Assembly (NCBI GenBank): GCA_963588075.1 | Contig: CAVAGO010000001.1 | Span: 15,753 to 79,752, forward strand | From: a bacterium | GTDB lineage: Bacteria; Bacillota_I; Bacilli_A; RF39; UBA660 | DNA length: 64,000 nt | Reading direction: 5' to 3' | Part shown: positions 26,701-35,701 of the stretch, piece by piece | Layout of the letters: every line of letters starts with the position of its first letter | Position numbering within the stretch: position 1 is the first letter of the stretch | Position numbers and translations under genes: made by a program | Notes under the pieces: model-generated | Database searches by the model: none | What the model saw: the letters and a program-made list of their open reading frames with translations, nothing else | Told to the model about the DNA's origin: nothing

Positions 26701-29635
26701 TATTATTAACTATATCGCTAGCTTCTGTTTGTTCAAATCCAGCTTGACTAAGTTTATCAATAAAAGACTGTCTAGCATTAAGTAAATCACTACTAGTAGA
26801 TTCATGCCCAAGAGAATCTTCTAAATCAGCAATACTTTCATAAACTAAATCAGTACCTATTTGACCACGTTCGAAATCATCATCTGGAAGAGTATTATTA
26901 ACTTCAGGTTTAGGAGTGCTAATAGGTTCTTGAGAAACTGGTTGTTCAGTTTGAGATTGAGGTTGTTCAGTATTAGTAGGCTCACTAGGAACCGCTTCGC
27001 TTCGCTCCGCTATACTCCCCGTGGAGGATGGAGATGAGTTAGTATCATCTACATCAGTTTCATTAACTTCATTAACATCAGGATTAACAGGAGCAACTTC
27101 TTCTTTAGGAGTATTATTAACATCATTTTCAATTTCTGCAATTTCAGCTAATTGTTCTAATGTAGTTTTAAGATGTTCATTACCTTTAGAACTTAAATCA
27201 AGTGCAGCATAAGCATTTCTAATAACTTTATCTATATTAGGTTTATTACCATTATTAGCATCTTTAATAACAGAATTAACATAATCTTTTCCATATTGTT
27301 TATAAGCATTACGTAAATCGTCCATAGCTTTATTAACAATCTTTTTACGACTATTATCAAAGAAGTTATTAAGATAAGTTATACGAGATTTAATATTATC
27401 ATCAGATAAATTAAGTTGATTTTTATTAACCTCAACATTAATCTCAGCATTAACAACTTCTGCTAAATCTTTAAATACTTCATTATATTGTTTTTGAAGT
27501 TGAATAGCTGATTGAATATCATTTTTATTTTCAATATCAATAGGAGTATAAAGTTTATTAATAGCATCTAGACGTTCATTTAATTGAGCAATACGTTCTT
27601 GCTTAACAGAATCATTAATTGCTGCATTATCTTGAATAGTTTTAATATCTCTTTGAATACTATTAATAATATGTTGATAAATACCATTCTTAGCAGAATT
27701 AATATCAACATCTTCAATATGATTATTTGTAATATCTTGATTTAAAACATCATTAGCCCAATTAAGAAGATTATTATAATTTTCTTGGCGATTACGAGCA
27801 TGAACCATTTGGGTAGCTATAATACGACCAACTTCAAATCCACCACCAAGTCTATTAACTTTATTTAAAGTAGTATTATATTCATTTTTAAGATTATTAA
27901 TTTCAGTTTTAAATCTATTAATAAGTTCATTACTATCTTGTTGTTGTAATCCAAGTTTATTAGTAATACTATCATTAAATTCTTTACTATTAATAGAACT
28001 TTCAAGAAGTCCTAAATTACCAGCGTTCATAGAATTAATAATAATATTATCCATATATTCTTTTTCAGCTATACTACGAAGTTCTTCTTCAGTACCAGTA
28101 ATAATATCTGGATTAACCTGTTGACCATTTTCATCAGTAATAGTTATAAATGGATTTTTACCATTAGCAATACTATTAAGTCTTTCTTGATATGCTTGAA
28201 AAGTAGCAGTACGACCAAGAATTTCATTTTCTCTTTGTTTTTCAGCAGAAGTCCAATCTTTATCAAGACGTTTATTAATAAACTCTCCAGCTTTATTCAT
28301 AACACTACTAAAAGTAACACCACCAAGAGCACCCCAAAATGCTTGTTCCCACAACATTGGGTCTTGAAGATAATCTTTAATAGTTTGTTGAGGAATATCT
28401 TTATCAAATACTTTTTTACCATTATATAAACCATCTTGACTAGCTATATAATTAATAGCTTCTTCAACTCCTTCTGTCCATTCGGCTCTAACACCATGAA
28501 GAATATCATCACCTACATCTTTTAATGTGCTAGTAATAGCTTGTTTAGTAGTTTTATTACTTAAAGCATTAGTAATTGCAGCGGCATCATCAATATTACT
28601 ATTAAATGCAGTATTTAAATTTCTAAGTCTAGAACTAGTTATATTACCACTTAAAGCATTTTTCCATAAGTTCTTTAAACTATAAACTTGCCATACGTCA
28701 AAAAGAACATTAGCCCAATCTTCAGCAAAAGTAATATCAGCACTATTTTTAGCAATATCTTTAGCTACTTCTTCATCAGACATATCTTTATATTTAGGAT
28801 TATTATTATAAAACTCTTCTCTTTGTTTATCATTCATATTAGCAAGTTGAGTTTTAGAATAATCTTCAATATCATTATAAGTTTGTCTAGCTTCTTGATA
28901 ATTTTCAAGATAACGAGAAGGAACTCCAATAGCAGTAGCTTCTGCTATTCTACTAGTAATTGCTCTACTCTTTTGCGTCATATTAATAACATTAGCCATT
29001 TTATTAGCTAATTTATTAAACTTTATACCTTTACCTAATAAAGAAACACCTTTAGCAAGACCAGTACTAGGAATCATAAGAGTTAAAGAACTAGCTATAC
29101 TAGGAGCATTGCTAGCCCACCAAGCAAAATCTCCAATATCAAAAGCAGCATTAGGATTTTCTCTATATATAGCTAAACGTTCATTAATAGATTCTTTTAA
29201 AGATTCAAGTTCAGAACTTATTTCAGATTGATAATCATTAGGACTATTACTAACCATATTATAAAAAGCATCAGCTAAATCAGCAAAACCAATAGCTGTT
29301 CCAACAGTAATCTCATTACCAATTTGCCCAATCATTCTTAATCCTTGTTCCCAATTACTTTGATTAACAGCACGTTCTTTATCAAGTTTTTCTGGGTCAT
29401 CAACAGGATTAACATAAACATCATAAGGAGCATATTTATCTATATCATATTGATTAAGATTATATGATTGTCCAGCAATACGACCAAATAAACGACCACG
29501 ACCCTGGTCACTAATAGAAGTGCCAGGGTTGTAATCAACTAAAGTAGGAGGCTGTATAGCCCCCTTTTTAGTTTTAGGATTATATTTAGGATTAGGTGTT
29601 TTATTACCACCTTGTAGAAACTTTAATACATCCAT
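23765..29635 (-). CDS. large virion/ejection protein with C-terminal HExxH (zincin-like) motif, 1956 aa
   Basis: Uninterrupted 5.9-kb ORF with NIILHESLHRQLY (HESLH at 24398-24412, about residue 1742). A central acidic, Pro/Gln-rich linker carries a long-form GC-motif copy. Confidence 0.75.
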   Translation of the reverse strand: MDVLKFLQGGNKTPNPKYNPKTKKGAIQPPTLVDYNPGTSISDQGRGRLFGRIAGQSYNLNQYDIDKYAPYDVYVNPVDDPEKLDKERAVNQSNWEQGLRMIGQIGNEITVGTAIGFADLADAFYNMVSNSPNDYQSEISSELESLKESINERLAIYRENPNAAFDIGDFAWWASNAPSIASSLTLMIPSTGLAKGVSLLGKGIKFNKLANKMANVINMTQKSRAITSRIAEATAIGVPSRYLENYQEARQTYNDIEDYSKTQLANMNDKQREEFYNNNPKYKDMSDEEVAKDIAKNSADITFAEDWANVLFDVWQVYSLKNLWKNALSGNITSSRLRNLNTAFNSNIDDAAAITNALSNKTTKQAITSTLKDVGDDILHGVRAEWTEGVEEAINYIASQDGLYNGKKVFDKDIPQQTIKDYLQDPMLWEQAFWGALGGVTFSSVMNKAGEFINKRLDKDWTSAEKQRENEILGRTATFQAYQERLNSIANGKNPFITITDENGQQVNPDIITGTEEELRSIAEKEYMDNIIINSMNAGNLGLLESSINSKEFNDSITNKLGLQQQDSNELINRFKTEINNLKNEYNTTLNKVNRLGGGFEVGRIIATQMVHARNRQENYNNLLNWANDVLNQDITNNHIEDVDINSAKNGIYQHIINSIQRDIKTIQDNAAINDSVKQERIAQLNERLDAINKLYTPIDIENKNDIQSAIQLQKQYNEVFKDLAEVVNAEINVEVNKNQLNLSDDNIKSRITYLNNFFDNSRKKIVNKAMDDLRNAYKQYGKDYVNSVIKDANNGNKPNIDKVIRNAYAALDLSSKGNEHLKTTLEQLAEIAEIENDVNNTPKEEVAPVNPDVNEVNETDVDDTNSSPSSTGSIAERSEAVPSEPTNTEQPQSQTEQPVSQEPISTPKPEVNNTLPDDDFERGQIGTDLVYESIADLEDSLGHESTSSDLLNARQSFIDKLSQAGFEQTEASDIVNNIIDGLTGGSLYSSVQDDSTRRLLLNATYATVTGNERNIEAVMNDFANSVDSEGNTRGKIVNGKVYLSIGQLVEYIDSITGNKIIKNYLFNQIKNYLYASTNNQGKYRATDESTIKKLNARQFVQYVDGIAKERLERLQVEHTNNVNLKYIVENENVKAFTSIKQGDYLEAIYNVKLKRIDIFANDTIIGYIGVPNIDKFGNYDMINQGWKYNIHAENGQVVSPLKDALISILDGDRFDEEFIGHLYELAVKEEVTQEELVNLFKEFETKYPDIVRDFTTPVASFDLAGHLVNLTKYIFNQPYENSHEASINRWFNNLLNSYDQAITIVKGDFKGKVKAVNVKYGVLNTIDDTNGEWNDVQETVVNYNEDINKLGVVVQGQLYLNGESKPTIIENLTTNGMPVISIPSSDGTSLYAFCKQVPLNSNLLKGDARRIINSIKNEVNNLCKDYISGKISFGELKQSLGDIFGNNKLINGDRNTGLQISINPTNIGFYVKGAHFNGKDYAFTINSDAGNYKRNIIINSPYVVNSAFKIGKSYGINANTIDELDNALRPVIDEMFNYAQFAISKDFINDSTKTNDKTNKYIYRENGKTIINIDGKTYSYNSYQDFIISNGLVRTKLANTNTNETAGNWQIDIHSKLDITYELEGRPPVEDGAIPEQLSEFMLDDTLNAINFNSFESAITAKNLTRGLKKYFANDQTALDYIDSLQKIDILPKNIQVVNSITDNNGNQVNAVYHRDTDTIELNRSAIADQRVYRVVNIILHESLHRQLYTKYNTEQALALVKPIYDKFKAWLDTQDDATKERLKPYLFENFNTSEALEEFLVESITSNALMTALNEIKYDNRKVNKRKTLFSKLLEVIADMLGIKINEDSLLAAARDAYKAIKKMPKESNQEAIQETFQFEEETVSTEQTENPNEDNSQDYNYNNDNLNDGLDMFSSVDDDIVVNMAELTSRLPIAQQPEFATLLDTGRISFSCM
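24735..24760 (-). repeat. GC-motif copy, G-type
   Basis: gctccatcctccacggggggtctacc, read as GRPPVEDGA in the 1956-aa CDS. Confidence 0.9.
26988..27034 (+). repeat. GC-motif copy, long form, G-type
   Basis: ggaac cgctt cgctt cgctc cgcta tACTCCCCGTGGAGGATGGAGat. About 80% identical to the reverse complement of the right arm of the 9991-10161 element. Read as SSPSSTGSIAERSEAVP. Confidence 0.9.
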
Positions 29636-29636
29636 A

Positions 29637-32210
29637 TTAATATAGATTATTAGTTAATTCATCATAGTAATATTGAATAACATAAGGGTCTGAACTGCCA
29701 CTAAGTTGAGCAAGTTTAGTAGCAACATTTTGTTGAATAGCTTTAACAGCATTTTCATCTACTGTCATTCCAGCTTTAACAGCAGTTACAGTTTGTTCCC
29801 ATTGAGATAAATTATCTACAATATCAACAGCATTTTCTTTACTTACTAAACCAATAGTTTGATTATTAGTAGAATTAATTAAATTAAAACCTTCACCATT
29901 TGGTACTAATTTAAATTTATCAATTCCAGTAAATGCAGCATTATTAGTAAGAGAAATAGGTCTATTAGCATTATAATAATTTTCTACTTTACCGGCAGCT
30001 CTCCAACTAGTATCTTGATTCCAAGATTGAATAATAGAACTATCAATAGCACCACTACCTACAAGTAAAGTAATAGGTTCTCTTTTAAGTTTACCTTCTG
30101 TATCATAGTAACCTGCAATATTAATTTGAACTCCAACATCTCCTGTTTTTGGGTCACGAACAATAGTAGGAGTAATTTCGTTTTCTTTAGCACTTCTAAG
30201 ATAAGCTGTATAAGCTTTTCTATCTTCAGAAGACATAGGCTCAAATATTCCATTTTCACTAGTAATATAAGCTTCACCTTGAGTTAAATCAATACCACTA
30301 CGAATAGCCATCATAGCTTGTTCTTCTTTATTCTTTTTATAAGCTGAAAGTTTACTAGCTTCTTCAGGATTAGCGTTCATCATAAAATTAATTTCAGCTA
30401 ATTCTGGAGTTAAAGCACTAATACCAATAGTAGAAGAAGTTATTTGACCACCATCAAGAACAGCATCATTTTTAGATTTAAGAGAATCAACATAATCAAT
30501 TAAACCAATATAAGGTTCTTTATTACCTGTTGGTAATCCAGCATGATGTTCTTCACCATTAGAATCAACTCGAACAAATTTATCACCATAACCAAAAAAT
30601 CTAGTCTTAGCAGAATTAAGAAAAGCATTTAAAGGATTCCTAGTATCTTCAGCTTCTTTAACAGCTTTGCCAAAACTATAAATAGATTTATGATAATCTT
30701 TAGGTAATTCAGCATATCTATAACCATTACCATCAGAACCAAATCTTATTCCAAGACTAGCAGCTTTTTTCTCTCCACCAAGAGCATTAATAAACGAATT
30801 ATAAACATCATCGTTATTAAAATATTGTCTAATAGAACTACTATCTCCAAATATCTGATTAACATATTTACTATATGTATCAGAATATTTATTAGAAGGT
30901 AAATCACTTAAACTAATAATAGAATTATATGTATCAAATCCATCAATACTATCTTGAGATTTACCAACTTTAAGATTATTAATATATTCTTGATTATCAA
31001 TAATATCATTAAGATAACTTAAAGCATAAGCTCTATCAGATGGATTAGTAATATTAGTCATGATGCTAGTTCTAATATCATCTGGATTAGCAGTACCTAA
31101 ATCAATATTAATATCAGGATTATATTTATTAAGTAATCCAGCTATTGATTGTCTATTACTAGTAATTTCAGCTTGAGCCTGAGCAGGCATAAAATTATCA
31201 ATACGAACAGGAGTACCTTTATAAGTTAGATTATCAATAGCTTGTTTTCTTTGAGTTGCACTTCCTAGTCCAGCTTGTTTAGCTAAAGCTAATTGAGCTT
31301 TCCATGCTTCACCATAAGTAGTATTACTACTTTGATTATAAAAAGTTGCAGCATTATAGAAAGGGTCAATACGTTTAGCAAGATATTGTTCAGGAGTAAG
31401 AAGAATACCATTTTTATCTGTTATATCAGGATTACTACCATTTTGGTCATATTTCCATTTAGCAATCTTATAATCTTGTTCAAGACTAGCTTTAGCACCA
31501 GGAGTATTTTCAATAACAGCTTTAACAGCTTCAGCAAGTTTAGCTTTACTTAATCTTTGCCATTGACCTTTACTATGAGAATAAATTTCTCCTGTAACTG
31601 ATTTAGTAATATCATCAGTAACTTTACCACTAGCATCAAGCCATCTAGTTTGACTACCACCACCTTGTTCTTTAGCAGCCCATTGTAATGCTTGATTGAG
31701 TATTTGATTCATAGGAACTTCAGAAACTTCTCTATCTGTAGGAGTCCATTTAGTTCCACCAACAACATTACCATTCTTATCAGTTATATCTTGATAGTTA
31801 TATTTATTAACAGCACGATAATAATTTTTATAATCTTCTGATAAATCAGTACGTTTATCAAGATTATTCATATATGCCTTATAATCTTGTTGAGCACGTA
31901 AACGACCAATCATTCCAGGACTTGAAGTTATATCTCCATAAGTTCCAACTATATCATCAAGACTAGAATACGCATTACCATATTGCATATTTTCAGTAAG
32001 AGCATTACGAACTTTATTAAGTTGTTCTTGGCGCCAAGCATATTCAGCTTCATTTAAATCTAATTGAGCAAGTTGAGCATCAATTTGAGATTTAGTTTGA
32101 ATAGCTTGTTGATGCCCTTGTTCAAGAGTATTATAAGTTCTAGCTAAGACATTTAAGTCAATAGGATTAACTTGTTGTCTAAAAGTAGGAGTATAAAAAT
32201 TTATCGGCAT
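29637..32210 (-). CDS. large virion structural/ejection protein, 857 aa (function unknown)
   Basis: Uninterrupted ORF whose start overlaps the stop of the upstream gene and which ends 2 nt before the next start. Confidence 0.75.
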   Translation of the reverse strand: MPINFYTPTFRQQVNPIDLNVLARTYNTLEQGHQQAIQTKSQIDAQLAQLDLNEAEYAWRQEQLNKVRNALTENMQYGNAYSSLDDIVGTYGDITSSPGMIGRLRAQQDYKAYMNNLDKRTDLSEDYKNYYRAVNKYNYQDITDKNGNVVGGTKWTPTDREVSEVPMNQILNQALQWAAKEQGGGSQTRWLDASGKVTDDITKSVTGEIYSHSKGQWQRLSKAKLAEAVKAVIENTPGAKASLEQDYKIAKWKYDQNGSNPDITDKNGILLTPEQYLAKRIDPFYNAATFYNQSSNTTYGEAWKAQLALAKQAGLGSATQRKQAIDNLTYKGTPVRIDNFMPAQAQAEITSNRQSIAGLLNKYNPDINIDLGTANPDDIRTSIMTNITNPSDRAYALSYLNDIIDNQEYINNLKVGKSQDSIDGFDTYNSIISLSDLPSNKYSDTYSKYVNQIFGDSSSIRQYFNNDDVYNSFINALGGEKKAASLGIRFGSDGNGYRYAELPKDYHKSIYSFGKAVKEAEDTRNPLNAFLNSAKTRFFGYGDKFVRVDSNGEEHHAGLPTGNKEPYIGLIDYVDSLKSKNDAVLDGGQITSSTIGISALTPELAEINFMMNANPEEASKLSAYKKNKEEQAMMAIRSGIDLTQGEAYITSENGIFEPMSSEDRKAYTAYLRSAKENEITPTIVRDPKTGDVGVQINIAGYYDTEGKLKREPITLLVGSGAIDSSIIQSWNQDTSWRAAGKVENYYNANRPISLTNNAAFTGIDKFKLVPNGEGFNLINSTNNQTIGLVSKENAVDIVDNLSQWEQTVTAVKAGMTVDENAVKAIQQNVATKLAQLSGSSDPYVIQYYYDELTNNLY

Positions 32211-34786
32211 GATTGTTTTCCTCCAAGTTTTCTACGTTTACGAATAATAAATTCATCATAATCAACTCCAGCATCCCGCATAATTCTATCATCTACATTA
32301 GGAGCAGATGCTATCATAGCACCAATAGTATTATTTAAAGCTTTACGATTTTCATATCTACTAATCATATCTTGAATACCAGCATTAATTCCACTAAATA
32401 AATTATTAATATTAGTTACTTTAGCTTCTCTAATACCATTATCAAATGCTGCTTTTCTATCTATATATTGATTGTATTGTTGAGCATTAAATTGACGTAC
32501 ACTCTGTTGATTACGTCTATCTTGATTAATAAGATTAGTTTCGATATTTTCTTTTTCACCATAAAGTTGATTAACAGCTTGACCAGCAGCATTGCGAACT
32601 CTTTGTTTACGAGCTAAACCTACACGACTACTAGCAGTATTAGAGTCAATATCTCGATAAGCTTCAAATTTATCTTCTCTAATTCTATCAAGTTGAGGAT
32701 TAATATTATATTTAGTTTTAAGTTTACTAGCACTAATAAGAGTAGGCTGTCCCGGACCTCTCATTTTATTAATAGCTCTTTTACTAGCAAAATAACTAGC
32801 TAAACTACCAGCTACATTACTACCTAGTCCAATCCAATCAGCAATAGTAAGATTTTTAAATTTACCTTGACCTTTACCATCGGAAGATGTAGTTCCTTTA
32901 GCAGGTGTACTAGTAGAAACAGGTAAAGTAGTTGGAATATTAGCTTCTACTTTAGGTAGATTGCGATTATAAACAGCAATTGGAGGTGTTTTAGTAGGAA
33001 CAGATTGAGTTGATTGACTTGACTTACTTCGTCCTCCACGGGGGGTCTTCCCACTAGATTTAGTTTTAGATAAACTTGGAATATTAGTATTATTTGTACC
33101 AATACCTCTATTATTTCCATGACTCCAACCGGCTCTAACTAAACCACTAGTAATTCCAGCACCATCTTCAAATAAAGGAAGTCTACGTTCTGCATAATAT
33201 TGAGGACGACGATTACCATTATCAATATTAGATTTATTAGTATTAGTATTTACATTATTATTTGTAATACTATTTTTAGACCATCTTCCATTTCTAAAAG
33301 TATAATCACTACCAACAATAGTTTCTCCTCTAGCAGATTTATTAATAGGATAAGCAGAAGTTCTATTAATAGTTCTATTAGTTATAGGAACATAAGCTCC
33401 AATTTTTTCATCATATTCCCAAGTTCTTCCATGGCGATTAATACGTTTTCCGCCAACAGCAAATTTATCGCGTAGACCCCCCGTAGAGGATGAAGAATGA
33501 ATTAATCCATTCTTAACATTACCATTAATACTAATAACTAATCCAGTATTACCTTTTTTTCTAAGTTCTGGATATTTATTATAAACTTTAGCTTTAACAT
33601 CATTTCTACCATGTAATCCAGCTAATCTTAAAGCGTCAACAGCATCAGCTTTAGTAGGAATAGGATAACTTCTATGTCCACCAGCAAAATCTTTTTTAGC
33701 TACACTAGGATAAGGTTTCTTTTTAGAACCATAATCTTTATCTCTACTTAATCCACCCATAGCTTTTTTATTTTTATTTATATTATTTTTATTTATATAA
33801 TCAATAGTTCTAGAAAGATTACTACCATGTTTACCGATAGTTGTTCTATAAACTTCTTTAATACCTTGATTAATCCAAGTATTATCAATTTTATTAGCTA
33901 AATCATAAATCTTTTGTCTACCTAAATTAATAAAATTAGTAGCAGTTCTACCTATTCTAGAAACTTTAGTTAAACCTTTAATAAATTTATAATTTCTATT
34001 ACCAGCTATTGTAGGATAACCACCAATAATTATCGAACCACTTTCAGCGATTTGTCTTTTATATTCATCAGGTGCTTGATAAATTTTGCCACCTTCTTTA
34101 TATTTAGTTCCATCATCATTAATTCTATTTCTATCTTTAAAATCTTCTTGAGCTTTAAATACTTTATTAGGATTAGCTCCACCCATAACTAATTGAGCAG
34201 GACTAGCACCGTTAAGAATAGGTTGTGCAGAATAAACTTTAAGTTCATTTCCATTAGTTTCAACTACTTCACCATCTTCTACTTCAATACCAGTTTTATC
34301 ACTAGGACCAATATCAATACCACCTTGACTATGTTTTCTTCCATTCATATAAAAGAAATTATTACCAAGAGGTTGAGCAATACCACCAGCAACTACATTT
34401 GGTATTTTACCACCAACAGCATATTGTTTTTGAGGAAGATTTTTTCCATTACTTCTAGGAGTTTGAATAATATTAAATGGAAATGTTGGTCCAAGTTCAT
34501 CATCACTAGGAAAAGATTCTTTATTAAAATCTTTAACATAATTAATAAGTCTACCAGCAGTATTATTCATTAATTTTTCTCTATTATCTTTAGATACTAA
34601 ATTGTTTATACCATTATAGAGAAATTCATTACCGAGTCTTATTAAACCAGTAGATTTAGCAACTTTATCATAAGCTCCACCAAGTGGAGGAATACCATTT
34701 TGAATAAATCTTCCATTACTAGTAACATTACCTCTAAACGTACTAGGTAAATTACTTATATGAATAACTTTATCTTTTCTAGGCAT
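32201..34786 (-). CDS. large virion structural/ejection protein, 861 aa, Gly/Asn/Lys-rich (function unknown)
   Basis: Uninterrupted ORF preceded by conserved module copy C. It contains an inverted pair of GC-motif copies. Confidence 0.75.
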   Translation of the reverse strand: MPRKDKVIHISNLPSTFRGNVTSNGRFIQNGIPPLGGAYDKVAKSTGLIRLGNEFLYNGINNLVSKDNREKLMNNTAGRLINYVKDFNKESFPSDDELGPTFPFNIIQTPRSNGKNLPQKQYAVGGKIPNVVAGGIAQPLGNNFFYMNGRKHSQGGIDIGPSDKTGIEVEDGEVVETNGNELKVYSAQPILNGASPAQLVMGGANPNKVFKAQEDFKDRNRINDDGTKYKEGGKIYQAPDEYKRQIAESGSIIIGGYPTIAGNRNYKFIKGLTKVSRIGRTATNFINLGRQKIYDLANKIDNTWINQGIKEVYRTTIGKHGSNLSRTIDYINKNNINKNKKAMGGLSRDKDYGSKKKPYPSVAKKDFAGGHRSYPIPTKADAVDALRLAGLHGRNDVKAKVYNKYPELRKKGNTGLVISINGNVKNGLIHSSSSTGGLRDKFAVGGKRINRHGRTWEYDEKIGAYVPITNRTINRTSAYPINKSARGETIVGSDYTFRNGRWSKNSITNNNVNTNTNKSNIDNGNRRPQYYAERRLPLFEDGAGITSGLVRAGWSHGNNRGIGTNNTNIPSLSKTKSSGKTPRGGRSKSSQSTQSVPTKTPPIAVYNRNLPKVEANIPTTLPVSTSTPAKGTTSSDGKGQGKFKNLTIADWIGLGSNVAGSLASYFASKRAINKMRGPGQPTLISASKLKTKYNINPQLDRIREDKFEAYRDIDSNTASSRVGLARKQRVRNAAGQAVNQLYGEKENIETNLINQDRRNQQSVRQFNAQQYNQYIDRKAAFDNGIREAKVTNINNLFSGINAGIQDMISRYENRKALNNTIGAMIASAPNVDDRIMRDAGVDYDEFIIRKRRKLGGKQSCR
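33030..33051 (-). repeat. GC-motif copy, G-type
   Basis: cgtcctccacggggggtcttcc, read as GKTPRGGRS. Confidence 0.9.
33472..33494 (+). repeat. GC-motif copy, A-type
   Basis: gtagaccccccgtagaggatgaa, read as SSSSTGGLR. Confidence 0.9.
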
Positions 34787-34920
34787 TTTATATAATATAA
34801 TGAGAAATTGTAATTTGATTGATTTTAAGGCTCTCTGCTGAACGATAGCCTATCAGTCGATTAATAGTTCATACCTATATATAATAATTCAACAGAGAGC
34901 AAAAGACTAGCGTCTATGAC
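34787..34920 (-). promoter_or_regulatory. conserved intergenic module, copy C (reverse orientation, matching its - strand genes)
   Basis: The reverse complement reads GTCATAGAcgcTAGTCTTTTGC, a 13-bp inverted repeat gctctctgttgaa/ttcagcagagagc, ATTAATCGA, GCCTTAAAAT, TTCTCATTATATTATAtaaa, then the ATG at 34786. Confidence 0.65.
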
Positions 34921-35701
34921 CGCCACAGCGATATACATTTAGCCTATCTCGATATACTGATTGAGGCATAACAGGTTGTTGAACAGTACCATTAGTAATC
35001 CATTCAGGACGTTCAAGACCAGTTTTAGGAGCACTATAACTAGCTTGGTCAGCTTGTTTAACTTGAATTGGTTGTTGTCCTTTACTTCCAAACATACCAC
35101 CAATTAAACTTCCAGCAGCACCAATAGCAGCACCAATCCACGCTTTTCTACGTCCACCACATTTATATTTATTAATAAAACTAGAACGTTGATACATAGT
35201 CATCGGATTAGTCATTTTATCAGAAGTAATATTAAGTTGCTGTTGACCAGCTTGAAGTTGTTTACGCTGTTCAGCTTCTTGAGCAATACGTTTATTTTCA
35301 TTAATTTGTTGATTAGCAGAAATACCTTGACCTATTGCAGTACCTAATTCACTAAGTCCTTGAACTCCTGTAATAGAACTAGCAAGATTACCTAAACCGG
35401 GAAGAGCATCAGCAAATTCAGTACCGAAACCAGCTTTACGTCGAACTCTACCACCACATTTAAGAGTAAGCTTATCATTATATTGACCAACATAATCTTG
35501 ATTAGCATAAGCACTAGTTAAAGCTTGAGCATTTTGTAAAGCATCTTTATGGTCTTGCGCAGCTTGAGCTTCAGCTTGAGCTTTTTCTTGAGCTTTCTTT
35601 TGTTTATTGCCTTTAATTATACCACCAGCAATACTAGCAGCTGCACCAATAATAGCACCAATAAAAGCTTTTTGTCTTTGTCTATCTCTATACTGTATCA
35701 T
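34907..35701 (-). CDS. Gly/Ala/Gln-rich small virion protein with three CGG(R/H)RR repeats
   Basis: 264-aa ORF, visibly GC-richer than its neighbours. It has repeats LKCGGRVRRKAGFG, YKCGGRRKAWIGAAIGAAGSLIGG and YRCGGHRR-stop, and a glycine-zipper-like FIGAIIGAAASIAGG. Confidence 0.65.
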   Translation of the reverse strand: MIQYRDRQRQKAFIGAIIGAAASIAGGIIKGNKQKKAQEKAQAEAQAAQDHKDALQNAQALTSAYANQDYVGQYNDKLTLKCGGRVRRKAGFGTEFADALPGLGNLASSITGVQGLSELGTAIGQGISANQQINENKRIAQEAEQRKQLQAGQQQLNITSDKMTNPMTMYQRSSFINKYKCGGRRKAWIGAAIGAAGSLIGGMFGSKGQQPIQVKQADQASYSAPKTGLERPEWITNGTVQQPVMPQSVYRDRLNVYRCGGHRR

